A DNA stretch of 64,000 nt from the NCBI GenBank assembly GCA_965279375.1, contig OZ257156.1, positions 896,001-960,000 of the forward strand, given 5' to 3'. A program made the translations under genes and the position numbers. This stretch comes from Gemmatimonas sp. Its GTDB lineage: Bacteria > Gemmatimonadota > Gemmatimonadetes > Gemmatimonadales > Gemmatimonadaceae. The notes beneath the pieces are model-generated. The model was given only the letters and a program-made list of their open reading frames with translations, was not told where the DNA came from and made no database searches. Shown one piece after another: positions 38,001-47,469 of this stretch. Position 1 is the first letter of the stretch, and each line of letters begins with the position of its first letter.

Positions 38001-38323
38001 CCTCGGTCTTTGCGGAGCTGGGCGATCTGCGCCGGGCGATCGAGCTGTACGAGACCATCGATCCCAAGCGCTTTGGTCAGACGGGCTTTCCCGAAACCAC
38101 CTGGCCGATGTATGTGCGCAGCTACCTCGCGCGCGGTCATCTTCTGGCACAGCTTGGAGAGCGGGAGCGAGCGATCGCGTCGTACGAGCGTTTCCTGACG
38201 CTTTGGAAAGACGCCGAACCGCCGCTGCAACCGCAACTCAGAGAAGCGCGCGAGGCGATCGCCCGACTGCGGGATGCAGGCTATGCCCGGGGAGGGACCG
38301 CCATGAAGGCCACCGTCAAGTAA
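35093..38323 (+). CDS. Ser/Thr protein kinase with TM segment and TPR-like C-terminal region
   Basis: GQGGMG, VAIK, HRDVKPEN, DFG, YMSPEQ; TM helix; helical repeats. Confidence 0.93.
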   Translation: MTASHVQDLHARLSKALEGQYKILQPLGQGGMGMVFLARDITLDRPVAIKVISAEVGTSVELRERFALEARTVARLRHPNIVAVFAAGEVDGLLYFVMEYVPGESLRERLLRDRTLRADEAVPLLRDLALALDYAHAAGIVHRDVKPENVLLDRETGRAMLTDFGVSRALSNPTNITGGGFVLGSPRYMSPEQAAGEDTLDGRSDLYSLGLVAYESLTGAPPIDAPTAAQILVKQISEKIEPLGKKAPKLPSDVTSSVDRLLHKLPGERFQRGAEFAAALTGEDFDASTPTHQIGRIVSGPRRAAGSRRRARPLAAIASLLVALVAIFAWTRTHQPAANDRAWFVAPFEVQGPDRSLDWLREGSLNMLTLSLAQWTDLHVIEYERTLDLLRNAKLEGQPRVGLDDARTLAKRVGAGRLVMGQVATMGDSIVVTASLYDVNSGQSTDKARIAAAKGSDPRPLFESVAGELLDLVGAPRLTFDLAKQTTSSVTAYRFYLEGLRHLNRWRLRQADTAFARAIATDSTFALAHYKRSLALGWESSTDSARLTGAEKAVQFAERLPTRQQEIVRGHLDLTRAFDAMQRGDTAGTRGGFLASRNRLARLIAVDSTDAEAWYALADADFHLALNTTYGYSADSLAKYLTESLRGFRRTIHIDSTFHLAHQHLVEMYGLAANSASLVVLSGDTIRAAGTSEAERRIGSVEQVKVLRDQAQSMAREAAGGWVAADPDAINARSTLASMFEQMAEPDSAISALRDALARPATAEPSFEWRIPLIKARAGMPSAGPELRAVMARFPADSVRRFPTADRLQGVLGAMTVGGQTGMPSLVDSAARLLNATDPVMPGPDPIRTMLVTSWLSSGIKVGMGLPMNGATRAVLLDGVRTIERVQVDARRDASTPYMVFLETRDPAFAEIARRWSPAPATGYPELDALAAIRRGDTATAMRIAQAFPSADSLRRAALGMTGMRTIARASVFAELGDLRRAIELYETIDPKRFGQTGFPETTWPMYVRSYLARGHLLAQLGERERAIASYERFLTLWKDAEPPLQPQLREAREAIARLRDAGYARGGTAMKATVK

Positions 38324-38333
38324 GGGAATTCTC

Positions 38334-39002
38334 ATGTCTGCTGCTGTCGCCTCGGAGGCGTTACTCCTCGCTATCAGAAACCGCGACGCGGCAGCGGTCC
38401 GCCAACAGTTCGCCAACGACCCACTCGCTGCCTCGAGCACTGGCCCCAACGGGGAATCGCTCTTGATGCACGCATGCTATGTGGGCGCGGCCGAACTCGC
38501 CCCGGTGCTTCGCGGTGCGCGCGCACTCGATCTGGCCGAAGCGGTCACGCTGGGCGATCTCGAGGCAATCGATCAGGCGCTGGACCGTGAGCCCGACGCG
38601 CTCTCGCAGCACACGGCGGATGGCTGGACGCCGCTGCATCTCGCCGGATTCTTCGGCAGAGAGGAGGCGGCCGTCGCACTGATCAATGCGGGTGCGTCAT
38701 TGGAGGTGCTCTCGACCAACGCGACGCGCAACACGCCGCTGCATGCGGCGCTCGCTGGTGCCTGTCTCCCCGCGCTGGTCAAGCGATTGGTCATGGCGGG
38801 TGCCAATGTGTCCGCCACCGGCGAGCAGGGCATCACACCGTTGCACATCGCTGCCTCGCGCGGCAACGAGGCTTTGTGTGAACTGCTGATCAGTCGCGGC
38901 GCACTCGCACACGCGGCGATGACGGACGGAACGACACCGGCGCAGCTGGCAACGGCGCGTGGATTCCCGGAGCTGGCGGAGAAGTTGATCGCGATGGCGT
39001 AG
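38334..39002 (+). CDS. Ankyrin repeat protein
   Basis: GWTPLHLAG, NTPLHAA, GITPLHIAA, GTTPAQLA. Confidence 0.92.
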   Translation: MSAAVASEALLLAIRNRDAAAVRQQFANDPLAASSTGPNGESLLMHACYVGAAELAPVLRGARALDLAEAVTLGDLEAIDQALDREPDALSQHTADGWTPLHLAGFFGREEAAVALINAGASLEVLSTNATRNTPLHAALAGACLPALVKRLVMAGANVSATGEQGITPLHIAASRGNEALCELLISRGALAHAAMTDGTTPAQLATARGFPELAEKLIAMA

Positions 39003-39014
39003 TTGCGCGCGACG

Positions 39015-39461
39015 CTATCGGGTGGAGACTACCGTCACCGTTCCGTTCGGCTTTACGTCCAAGCGAACGTCAAATTCGTTCAACCCGAGAATAACGCACC
39101 CCGCTTCAGGCTGCCTCGGCGGCACTTTGACGGTCCACCCCGGAATCGTCTCGCCGTATCGGAGTTCGCGCCGTCGTATCGAGCTACCGTCAGTCCACCA
39201 GTACAAGACTGGGTGTTCTACGTACTCGTCGTAGCACTTGCCGACCGAGATCGAATACAACGACGCGGTGCTCGATCGATCCGATTTGCTCCAGAGGTCG
39301 AACACCAGCGACGACATGGTGGAGCCGCTCCTCAGCTCCGCACGCAGGGAGTCGTCGGGGCAGCCGAGGCAGACGAGTGCCAAGAGAGGGAGCGACAGCG
39401 CTGATGCGCGGCGCCTCACTTGCAGCCTCCTGGCATCGGCGGAGCGCGATGGCGTGATCAC
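39015..39461 (-). CDS. Hypothetical protein, possible lipoprotein
   Basis: LLALVCLGC lipobox-like segment; abuts the cytochrome gene stop. Confidence 0.5.
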   Translation of the reverse strand: MITPSRSADARRLQVRRRASALSLPLLALVCLGCPDDSLRAELRSGSTMSSLVFDLWSKSDRSSTASLYSISVGKCYDEYVEHPVLYWWTDGSSIRRRELRYGETIPGWTVKVPPRQPEAGCVILGLNEFDVRLDVKPNGTVTVVSTR

Positions 39462-40511
39462 CTAGCGTCGTGCGCGCATGCGCTTGGCGTCATTGGGCGG
39501 CAACGATCCCAGATACGCCGACAGCGCGACCATGTCGTCCACCGTGAGCGCCTGTACCACCGGCGTCATCACCACGCTCAGCGAGTCGTGGCGCGCGCCG
39601 GTGCGAAAGTTCATGAGCTGACGCAGGATGTTGGACGGCGAGCGACCCGCCAGCGGCGGCACTGCCTTGAGTCCCAGCAGCTTGGCGCCATGACAGGTGG
39701 CGCACACCGTCGCCTTGCCGGCGGGACCGCGTGTCGCCAACTGCCGACCGCGAGCGATGCTCCCGACGGGCACGTAGGTCGTGTACTCCACCGTGGGGTC
39801 GCGCAATTCGTGCCGCTCGAACGACGCCGGCACTTCGATCAGCCGACCATCGATCGGCTCCGTCCCTTCGCCGTCGTACGCGAAGAGCATGATCTCGACG
39901 CGTGTCCTTGGTACCTGCGCGACTTCCTTCACGTGATTGGGGCGCGTCAGCGGGAGCTTGGCGAAGTACTCCGCTGCGATGACGACGTCCGCGTCGCTCG
40001 TCCCAGCGGCCACGGCGTGCATGCTGTTGGTCGCCAGCACTGGATTGGCCGCGAGCCGCGTGCTGTCACGGAATGCGCGCACCTGCTTGACGATGTACTC
40101 CGCGGGGAGTCCAGACAGCGTGCCGTTTTCGGGGCGCCCTTGTCCATCGGGGAGATGGCAGTAGCCGCAGGCACGCGCCGCCGGACGCTTGCCGTACAGC
40201 ACCGGCGCCGGCGCAGGCGGGTGCGACTCGGGAAACCAGTCCGGGATATCGAACGCGTTACCCACCTGTCGCTTGGTGTACGTGCGCGCCGAGCCCGGAA
40301 TGCGATGCTGCACGACGCTATCTGGGACGGGCGCTGGCGACGGCGACGGCGAGGTGGGGAACGCCCACGCCGGCACCACGAACGGCGCTACGTTCAGCGC
40401 CGACGGCTTGGTGGCAGATTGCGCCTCCACGGATGGTGCATACACCAACACGCATGCCATCGACATGACGACACGCGTGGATGTGAAGCGGTGCGCAGTG
40501 AAGCGAAGCAT
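39462..40511 (-). CDS. Di-heme c-type cytochrome (c4/c553-like)
   Basis: Signal peptide; CGYCH and CATCH heme motifs with distal Met residues. Confidence 0.88.
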   Translation of the reverse strand: MLRFTAHRFTSTRVVMSMACVLVYAPSVEAQSATKPSALNVAPFVVPAWAFPTSPSPSPAPVPDSVVQHRIPGSARTYTKRQVGNAFDIPDWFPESHPPAPAPVLYGKRPAARACGYCHLPDGQGRPENGTLSGLPAEYIVKQVRAFRDSTRLAANPVLATNSMHAVAAGTSDADVVIAAEYFAKLPLTRPNHVKEVAQVPRTRVEIMLFAYDGEGTEPIDGRLIEVPASFERHELRDPTVEYTTYVPVGSIARGRQLATRGPAGKATVCATCHGAKLLGLKAVPPLAGRSPSNILRQLMNFRTGARHDSLSVVMTPVVQALTVDDMVALSAYLGSLPPNDAKRMRARR

Positions 40512-40589
40512 GAGCCGGCGATCACGAGTCGGGACCGCAGCGCGCCATATGAAGCGACGCGCTGCGAAGGACGGACGGGAGTCGCGACG

Positions 40590-43500
40590 TTACGCCGGGA
40601 CCAACGTCGGCGCAACAACCGCAACCGGCGCCTCGTCGAGCTCCAGCTCCGGCGCCAGCAGCTTGTACAGCACCGGCGTCACCAGACGCGCGATCAACGT
40701 GCTCGAGATCAGTCCACCGATGATCACCCACGCCAACGGCGAGTAGAGCCCCGAGCCCTGGAACGCGAGCGGCAGCAATCCACCGATCGCCGTCAGCGTC
40801 GTCAACACGATCGGCAGAAAGCGAATCTCGCCCGCCTTCTGAATCGCGTCATCGAGACTCATCCCTTCGCGCCGCAGCTGATCGGTGAAGTCCACCAGCA
40901 GAATGCTCGTCTTGATCTCGATACCCACCAGCGCCACGAAGCCGATCGTCGCGGTGAACGAGAGCGTGTAGCCGCTGAACAGCAGCGCGAGAATGCCGCC
41001 CACCACACCCAATGGAATCACGCTCGCCACCACCATCGTCGTGCGGAAGTCGCGGAACTCGAGCACGAGAATCGCCAGAATCGCGAACACCGCCACGATG
41101 ATCGCCGCGCCAATGCCACCGAAGCTCTCCTGCCGACTCTCGATCTCACCCGCGGGGCGCAGCACGTATCCCGGCGGCAACGTCACGGCATCGAGTCCCT
41201 GCAGCACTTCCTTGGTGACCGCATCGGTGTTGAAGCCGCTCTTCACATAGCTCGTCACCGTGACCGAGCGCTGACGACCATCATGATCGATGATGGTCGG
41301 CGTCGCGCTGAACGTCGTCGTCGCAATCTGGGACAGCGGCACCATCGCTCCCGACACCGAACTCACCTTGATGCGCTCGAGCGCTTCCGGTGCAGGTCGC
41401 CCATCGTGTGCAATGCGCACCACCAGCGGATACTCATCGCCATTGTCAGCGCGGATCTTCCCCGCCTCCAACCCGGCAATCCCCAACCGCAGCGTGCGCT
41501 CCACCTCGGCCGACGGAATACCCAGCAGCCCCGCCTTCTGACGGTCCACACGTAAACGCAGGTCCGAGCGACGCAGACGCACGGGATTGTTCACGTACTG
41601 TGTGCCCGGCGTCGCGGCAAACACCTTCTCGTACTGTGCCGCCAGCTGCGCCAGCGTATCCAGATTCGTTCCTTCGATGCGCATCGCGACCGGCGCGTCG
41701 ATCGGCGGGCCGTTCTCGAACTCCTTCACCTCGATGCGCGCACCCGGATACCCCGCCAGCGTGCGGCGCAGCGAGTCGAGCGTCAGCGGCGTCTTGTCGT
41801 TGTCATACTCCTTGAGCAACACCAGCAACTGCGCGCGGTTAGGTGCTTCGGCGCGCTGAAAAACGTTGTAGTACACCGCCGGATTGTCCTTGCCGATGTT
41901 GGCGAACACCGCACGCGTTCCCGGATGCGCACCGATCACCTTCTCCGCAAAGCGCGTCGCGCGATCGGTCTCAGCCAGCGATGTCCCTTCGGGCGTTTCG
42001 ATGTCCACGTGGTACTGCGGCGTTCCCGCCTTGGGGAAGAGTGAGAAACCGACGGCCGGCACCAGTGCAAACGAGGCCACCACCAACGACGCCGCGATCG
42101 CCAGCGTCCGCTTTGGTGCCGCCAACGCGCGATGCAGCAACGGCGCGTACGTGGCATGAATGCCCTTGTCGAGCGCACGCAGCACGCGATTGCCTTCCGC
42201 GTGCTCCGTCTCCGGCAGAATACGACTCGCCAGCCACGGAATGATCGTCAACGACACCAGCAATGAAGCGAGTACCGCGTACACCACCGCAATCGGCAGT
42301 GAGCGGATGTACTTGCCCGCCAACCCAGGCAAGAAGAGCAACGGCAGGAAGGCAAAGATCAACGTGGCCGTCGCGCCCAACACCGCCACACTGATCTGCT
42401 TGGTCGCCGCAATCGCTGCATCGCGCCGCGAGACACCGCCACGCATGAATCGCGTGATGTTCTCCACCACCACAATGCTGTCGTCCACCAGCAGCCCCAG
42501 CGCAATCACGAAGCCCACGATCGAGAGCTGATTGATGCTGTATCCCGTCGCATTGAGCATCACCACGGCGAGTGCGAGCGACAACGGAATCGAAATCATC
42601 ACCACGATCGACGCGCGCGTCCCGAGCGGCAGCAGCGTGATCAACACCAGCGCGATCGCGATCGCAAAGTCTTCGCCCAACCGCGACAGACGGGCATCCA
42701 CGTTCTTCGACTGATCGAACCCGCGCGCCAGCGTAATGCCACGCGGCAGCGTCTTCTCCAAGCGATCGAGCTCGGCCCACACATCCTGTTTGACGGTGGA
42801 CACGTTGCGCCCCTTCTGCACGGCCACGGTCACGAACATCGCGCGCTGCCCATTGTAGCGACCCATGTGCACTGCGTCGCCATCCCCCCACGCCACACTC
42901 GCTACATCGCCGACGCGCACCGCACGACCGTTCGCACTCGTGATCACCGTACGCGTGACTTCCTCTGCCGTGCGATAGCGACCGGGCGTGGCGATGTTGT
43001 AGCGCCGCGTGCCCACATCCACCGATCCACCGGGGATCTGCGTGTTGTCGCTGCCCAGCGCCTGCAGCACCTGCGCCGGCGTGAGACCCAGCACCGCCAT
43101 GCGCCCCAGGTCCAGCGTCACCTGCATCTCACGCTGCGGCGCCGCCCAGCGCTTGGCGGTCTTCACGCCGTTCACGCGCGCCAATCCATCCTCAAAGCGC
43201 TGCGCGATGTCGTCGAGCTGCGAGTACGGCGTCGCCGGCGAGACCAGCGCAATCTGAAACACGGCGAGATCGGAGTTCTCGTTGCGCAATACTTCCAGTC
43301 GCTGCAGCGCGGACGGCAGATCGGCGCGCAGCGCGTTGATCTCGCGCACCACCTGATCGTACTTGCGTTCGGCATCCACCTCTGGCTTGAACTCCACCTT
43401 GATCACGGCAAGTCCATCCGAGCTGGTGGAGGTCAGCTCCTTCACATCATCGAGCGCATTGAGCTTCTTCTCGATCGGCTCCGTGACCAGCTGCTCCATG

Positions 43501-43685
43501 TCTTCGGGAGACGCGCCGGGATACACCGCCACCGCCGTGTAGATGGGCACCGGAAAGTCCGGATCTTCCGCGCGCGGGATCGACATCCAGTTGGAGACAC
43601 CAAGCGCGGCGAACATCAGAAACAGCAGCACCGTGAACTGCCACCGCTTCACGGCAAACTCGGCGAGCCCTCCAAGCATGTTCAT
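40590..43685 (-). CDS. RND efflux permease (AcrB/AcrD/AcrF family)
   Basis: 1031 aa; YPGASPE, GLLVDDSIVVVENI, RFLPIVLTT. Confidence 0.95.
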   Translation of the reverse strand: MNMLGGLAEFAVKRWQFTVLLFLMFAALGVSNWMSIPRAEDPDFPVPIYTAVAVYPGASPEDMEQLVTEPIEKKLNALDDVKELTSTSSDGLAVIKVEFKPEVDAERKYDQVVREINALRADLPSALQRLEVLRNENSDLAVFQIALVSPATPYSQLDDIAQRFEDGLARVNGVKTAKRWAAPQREMQVTLDLGRMAVLGLTPAQVLQALGSDNTQIPGGSVDVGTRRYNIATPGRYRTAEEVTRTVITSANGRAVRVGDVASVAWGDGDAVHMGRYNGQRAMFVTVAVQKGRNVSTVKQDVWAELDRLEKTLPRGITLARGFDQSKNVDARLSRLGEDFAIAIALVLITLLPLGTRASIVVMISIPLSLALAVVMLNATGYSINQLSIVGFVIALGLLVDDSIVVVENITRFMRGGVSRRDAAIAATKQISVAVLGATATLIFAFLPLLFLPGLAGKYIRSLPIAVVYAVLASLLVSLTIIPWLASRILPETEHAEGNRVLRALDKGIHATYAPLLHRALAAPKRTLAIAASLVVASFALVPAVGFSLFPKAGTPQYHVDIETPEGTSLAETDRATRFAEKVIGAHPGTRAVFANIGKDNPAVYYNVFQRAEAPNRAQLLVLLKEYDNDKTPLTLDSLRRTLAGYPGARIEVKEFENGPPIDAPVAMRIEGTNLDTLAQLAAQYEKVFAATPGTQYVNNPVRLRRSDLRLRVDRQKAGLLGIPSAEVERTLRLGIAGLEAGKIRADNGDEYPLVVRIAHDGRPAPEALERIKVSSVSGAMVPLSQIATTTFSATPTIIDHDGRQRSVTVTSYVKSGFNTDAVTKEVLQGLDAVTLPPGYVLRPAGEIESRQESFGGIGAAIIVAVFAILAILVLEFRDFRTTMVVASVIPLGVVGGILALLFSGYTLSFTATIGFVALVGIEIKTSILLVDFTDQLRREGMSLDDAIQKAGEIRFLPIVLTTLTAIGGLLPLAFQGSGLYSPLAWVIIGGLISSTLIARLVTPVLYKLLAPELELDEAPVAVVAPTLVPA

Positions 43686-44758
43686 GGCTTGTTGCCCTCC
43701 AGCGCCATCGCGACGGACGCGTCGATCACACGCACGCGCGCACCCGGCGTGACGTACGGCGCGCCACGCGTCACCACACGCGCACGTTCGTCGAGCCCAC
43801 TCACCGCCGCGCGATCACCGATCAACTGCGCAATGCGCACCCGATGCGCCGTCGCCACGGGCTCCCGATCGTTCGACAACGTGTAGACCGTCGCCGAGTC
43901 GGCGTCGGCTTCGAGCAGCGCATCAACGGGAACCATCGCTGCACGCGTCGTGCCACGCACCGCGATCTCCACCTTGCCGACCAACCCGGCCGGCAGCGAT
44001 CCTGCGTCGCCGATCGCGATCTCGGCGGAGTACGTCCCCGTGCGCGAGTCCGCCGACTGACCGAGCAGCGACACGCGACCGCGGAACACCTTGTCGCCCA
44101 CCGCCGAGAAGCGCACCGTCGCTGCATCTCCAACGTTCACGCGCAGCGCATCACGATCGGGCAAGCCCACGCGAAGTACACGGCCGCGCGCGCCGCCGCC
44201 CAACACCAGCACCGTCGTTCCGGGAGCGATCGTGCTCCCCGGCATGCCCGAGCGCAGAAGAATCACGCCATCTTCCGGTGCCACGATGGATGCGTATTCG
44301 CGATTGACACGTGCGGACTGTGCATCGGCCTTGGCCGCATCGAGCGCCGACGTCGCGTCCTGCAGCTGCGCCAGCGTGGCCACGCTATCGGCAGCAAGAC
44401 GTCGAATGCGCGCCTGATCGCGCTCAGCCTTGTCGACGCCGACCTTGGCCTTGTCGTACGCCGCGTCGATCTCACGCAGGTCGAGCGTGGCCAGCAATTG
44501 GCCGCGTCGCACCGCCTGCCCTTCGTCCACCAGCACGCGTGCAACCACGCCGCCGATCTTGAATGCCAACGGGATTTCGTCGCGCGGGCCAAAGCTGCCG
44601 GTAGCGATCACCGGTTCGGCGACGGTGTCAGTGGTGACAACTGCAGCGGCGACCGAGAGCGGCGGCGTCGCCACTTCCGCGACGTCGGCTTTCCCGCATG
44701 CTGCGACAACAACGAGTGTAGGAGCAATCCAGCGGAGTACGATCTGCGTCTTGGTCAT
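43682..44758 (-). CDS. RND periplasmic adaptor (membrane fusion protein), lipoprotein
   Basis: VAACG lipobox; GGVVARVLVDEGQAVRRGQLLA, IVAPEDG. Confidence 0.92.
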   Translation of the reverse strand: MTKTQIVLRWIAPTLVVVAACGKADVAEVATPPLSVAAAVVTTDTVAEPVIATGSFGPRDEIPLAFKIGGVVARVLVDEGQAVRRGQLLATLDLREIDAAYDKAKVGVDKAERDQARIRRLAADSVATLAQLQDATSALDAAKADAQSARVNREYASIVAPEDGVILLRSGMPGSTIAPGTTVLVLGGGARGRVLRVGLPDRDALRVNVGDAATVRFSAVGDKVFRGRVSLLGQSADSRTGTYSAEIAIGDAGSLPAGLVGKVEIAVRGTTRAAMVPVDALLEADADSATVYTLSNDREPVATAHRVRIAQLIGDRAAVSGLDERARVVTRGAPYVTPGARVRVIDASVAMALEGNKP

Positions 44759-44785
44759 CGTCGTGAGCCTCAAGTCTCTGCTGGG

Positions 44786-46195
44786 TTAGTTGGGGAGTAC
44801 GCGGAGGGCCGCAGCGCGTTCGAACTCCACGCGCCGTGATGCGAGGGTGTAGCGGGTAAGGACCTGATTGAGCGCCGCCGCGGTGAACGACGCGCGGGCG
44901 CTCAGGAATTCGACCTGTGTGGCCAAGCCTTCCGCGTAGCGACGTTCGACCAGCGTGAAGGCACGGCGCGCGGACTCGAGGCGATCGTTGGCGGAGCCGA
45001 GTGCGCTGCGTGCGGTGTTGACGGCATCGAGGGCGTTCTCGACTTGCAGTTCCACGCCACGCTCGGCTTCACGACGGCGATAGGTGGCTTCGTCGTGCGC
45101 GTACTTGGCTTGCTCGCGCCGCGCCAAGTCCTGGCCGCCGTTCAGGAGATTCCAGGAGAAGACGAGGTTGGCCTGCGCGACATCGCTGTTGCGATTGAAA
45201 CGGTACTTGTCGCCCTGCACTCCGTAGGTGGCAGACATCGCGACCGAGGGGAGGAAGTCAGCGCCGGCGATGCGCTGCTGGGCACGCGCGATGCGAATAC
45301 CGCCGTCGGCCTGCTGCAGCTCTTCGCGGTGGGACATGGCCCACGAGAGTGCGCCATCGCGGGGGAGCGTGTCCGTCGCGGTCAGCGAGCTGTCGTCGAT
45401 GATGGTGATGGGCGCATCGGCATTCTGATTGCGCAGCAGGTTGAAGCTTCGGCGTGCCGCGTCGCGCTGCCGCTTGGCGTCGGCGATCTGCTGCTGCAGG
45501 TCGCTGCGTTCGGCGCGGGCGCGCAGTACGACATCGGGCGTCGCTTGACCGGCCTGCACGAGGCGCTCACTGACGCGCTGGTTCTCGTCGAGTACCGGAA
45601 GTGTCGCTTCGAGCGTTGCGACGACGGTGCCAGCGCTGGCCACGCCAAGCCACGCCTGCTGCACGTCGGCGGCGAGTTGGCGCATGGCACCTTTGCGCGT
45701 GGCGCCGATCAGGTCGCGTTGTGCACGGGCTGCGGCCGCGGCGCCGAAGAGCGCGTCGTTGAAGATCGGCTGCACCAGCTCGAGCTTCGTTTCCTGCCGA
45801 AACGGGAGCGTCGCGTTGACGTCGGTCGGGAAGCGCTTCTCGCCGATGAGCTGGTTGAGCGCGCTGTAGGCGGGGTTGATGAAGTCGCCGATGTTCACGA
45901 CGCCGCTGAACTCCGAGTAGCGGGCGTTCACCCCGACGGAGGGCAGGAATCGGCCACGTGCTTCTCGCACGGCGGCGTCGGCACGTTGCGTGGCGGTGGT
46001 TTGCTGGGCGAGCGCGAGGTTGGCGCGCATCGCTTCGGCCACGTACCCGTCCACGACCGTTCGCGCCGTTGGCGTCGCCGTTAGCGTCGCTGGCACCGAC
46101 TGGGCGTCTGCGCGCACCGCGACCGCCGCCACGATCGGCATGGCCAGCAGCAGGTGACGAGCGCGCCATACTAACGGCGGTCGAGGAATGAACAT
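44786..46195 (-). CDS. TolC family outer membrane efflux protein
   Basis: Signal peptide; two OEP-like repeats (FLPSV..., RYAEG); position in the operon. Confidence 0.9.
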   Translation of the reverse strand: MFIPRPPLVWRARHLLLAMPIVAAVAVRADAQSVPATLTATPTARTVVDGYVAEAMRANLALAQQTTATQRADAAVREARGRFLPSVGVNARYSEFSGVVNIGDFINPAYSALNQLIGEKRFPTDVNATLPFRQETKLELVQPIFNDALFGAAAAARAQRDLIGATRKGAMRQLAADVQQAWLGVASAGTVVATLEATLPVLDENQRVSERLVQAGQATPDVVLRARAERSDLQQQIADAKRQRDAARRSFNLLRNQNADAPITIIDDSSLTATDTLPRDGALSWAMSHREELQQADGGIRIARAQQRIAGADFLPSVAMSATYGVQGDKYRFNRNSDVAQANLVFSWNLLNGGQDLARREQAKYAHDEATYRRREAERGVELQVENALDAVNTARSALGSANDRLESARRAFTLVERRYAEGLATQVEFLSARASFTAAALNQVLTRYTLASRRVEFERAAALRVLPN

Positions 46196-46207
46196 GAGTA
46201 GAGTGTG

Positions 46208-46221
46208 TAACATTGTTAAGT
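46208..46221. promoter_or_regulatory. Candidate TetR operator upstream of the TolC gene
   Basis: Palindrome TAACA-T-TGTTA; 11/14 identical to the site at 46954-46967. Confidence 0.55.
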
Positions 46222-46282
46222 CCAGTGGCCAAAGAGAGGGCGCCGAAGCGCCCACGGGTGCTGCAAGGTTTTGAGGCGGTCG

Positions 46283-46936
46283 TCAGCTCTTCACCGCGCC
46301 TCGGATCGTTACGTCGATCAGGGTGCGGATGGTTTCAAGCGGCGGGTGCCACTCGATGTACGGATCGTCGCAGTGTGTGAGCCAGAGCGAGATGACGCCG
46401 TGGATTCCGGCCCACATCATTTGGGAGATCTCGTGCGGATTGCTCAGCTCCGGGCGGTAGCGGCCGGCGGCCAGCCCTTCCGAGACGGTTTGGAAAAGGA
46501 AGCCATAGGCGTCCTCGTCGGGCTTGTGCGTGGGGCGACCGCACTCATCCACCGGTCCATGGCGCTGTGCTGTCATGAACATGAATCGATACTGGCTTGG
46601 ATTCGCCAGTGCAAAATCTGCGTACGCCATTCCCAGCCGCTGCAGTCGCGCGACCGGATCTTCAATACGGCCGATCCGATACATCGCCTGGCCAAGCGCG
46701 GTGAAGTCGGCGATACACAGCTCCTCGATCAGCGCGTCCTTGTCCCGGAAGTGATGATAGATGGCCGTGGCCGTGTACCCGATCTTGGCCGCGATCGCCC
46801 GCATCGTCGTCGCCTCGATCCCATCCGTCACGAACAGCTCCCGCGCCGCGTCCAGGATGGCCTGGCGCGTCTCGGCTTTGAGGCGCTCGCGACGAACGAA
46901 CGACGCGGATCGAACGGCAGTAGAGGTCACGGACAT
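46283..46936 (-). CDS. TetR/AcrR family regulator
   Basis: ILDAARELF...TMRAIAAKIGYTATAIYHHFRDK helix-turn-helix. Confidence 0.95.
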   Translation of the reverse strand: MSVTSTAVRSASFVRRERLKAETRQAILDAARELFVTDGIEATTMRAIAAKIGYTATAIYHHFRDKDALIEELCIADFTALGQAMYRIGRIEDPVARLQRLGMAYADFALANPSQYRFMFMTAQRHGPVDECGRPTHKPDEDAYGFLFQTVSEGLAAGRYRPELSNPHEISQMMWAGIHGVISLWLTHCDDPYIEWHPPLETIRTLIDVTIRGAVKS

Positions 46937-46953
46937 AATATCGTTCGGTCGTT

Positions 46954-46967
46954 TAACGCTGTCAAGT
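46954..46967. promoter_or_regulatory. Candidate autoregulatory operator overlapping a TTGACA -35 box
   Basis: TAACGCTGTCAAGT; the minus strand reads ACTTGACAGCGTTA just upstream of tetR. Confidence 0.5.
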
Positions 46968-46997
46968 GAAATCGACTCGGGCGGGAGGGAGGCCCGG

Positions 46998-47348
46998 TCA
47001 GCTCTGCGCGCGGAACATGAAATAGAGCGCCCCGACCACGCAAAGCGACGCCCACAGATAGTCCAGCTTGATCGGCTGCTTCATGTAAAGAACGGCGAAA
47101 GGCACGAACACCGCCAGAGCGATCGCCTCCTGCAGGATTTTCAGCTGCGGTAGACTATACGCGGTGTACCCAATGCGATTGGCCGGCACCTGGATGGCGT
47201 ACTCGAAGAGCGCGATCGCCCAACTCGCCAAAGCGGCGACGTACCAGGGTTTGCCGCTCAGGTTCCGCAGGTGAGCGTACCACGCGAACGTCATGAAGAC
47301 GTTGGACGCAGCCAGGAGCAGGGACGTGCGAAGCAGCACACTCGACAT
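46998..47348 (-). CDS. DMT family small membrane protein
   Basis: SNVFMTFAWYAHL, SWAIALFEY, VPANRIG, QLKILQE. Confidence 0.88.
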   Translation of the reverse strand: MSSVLLRTSLLLAASNVFMTFAWYAHLRNLSGKPWYVAALASWAIALFEYAIQVPANRIGYTAYSLPQLKILQEAIALAVFVPFAVLYMKQPIKLDYLWASLCVVGALYFMFRAQS

Positions 47349-47469
47349 GGCGAAGCGGGACGAAGGGGTGTGCAGCATCACGGCTGCGGCAGCGACAACC
47401 ACGAATACTTCAGTCGGGCACACTGCAGGAATTGAGCGACGCCCGGGATATCTACTAGCATTCAGGAGC

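Noticed and set aside
35093..39002. Kinase-TPR plus ankyrin pair as a defence system
   Set aside because: Host-like composition, outside the attC array, and a common signalling architecture; no specific support.
39420..41555. 711-aa plus-strand ORF
   Set aside because: Antisense shadow of the cytochrome and RND genes; Arg-rich with no motifs.
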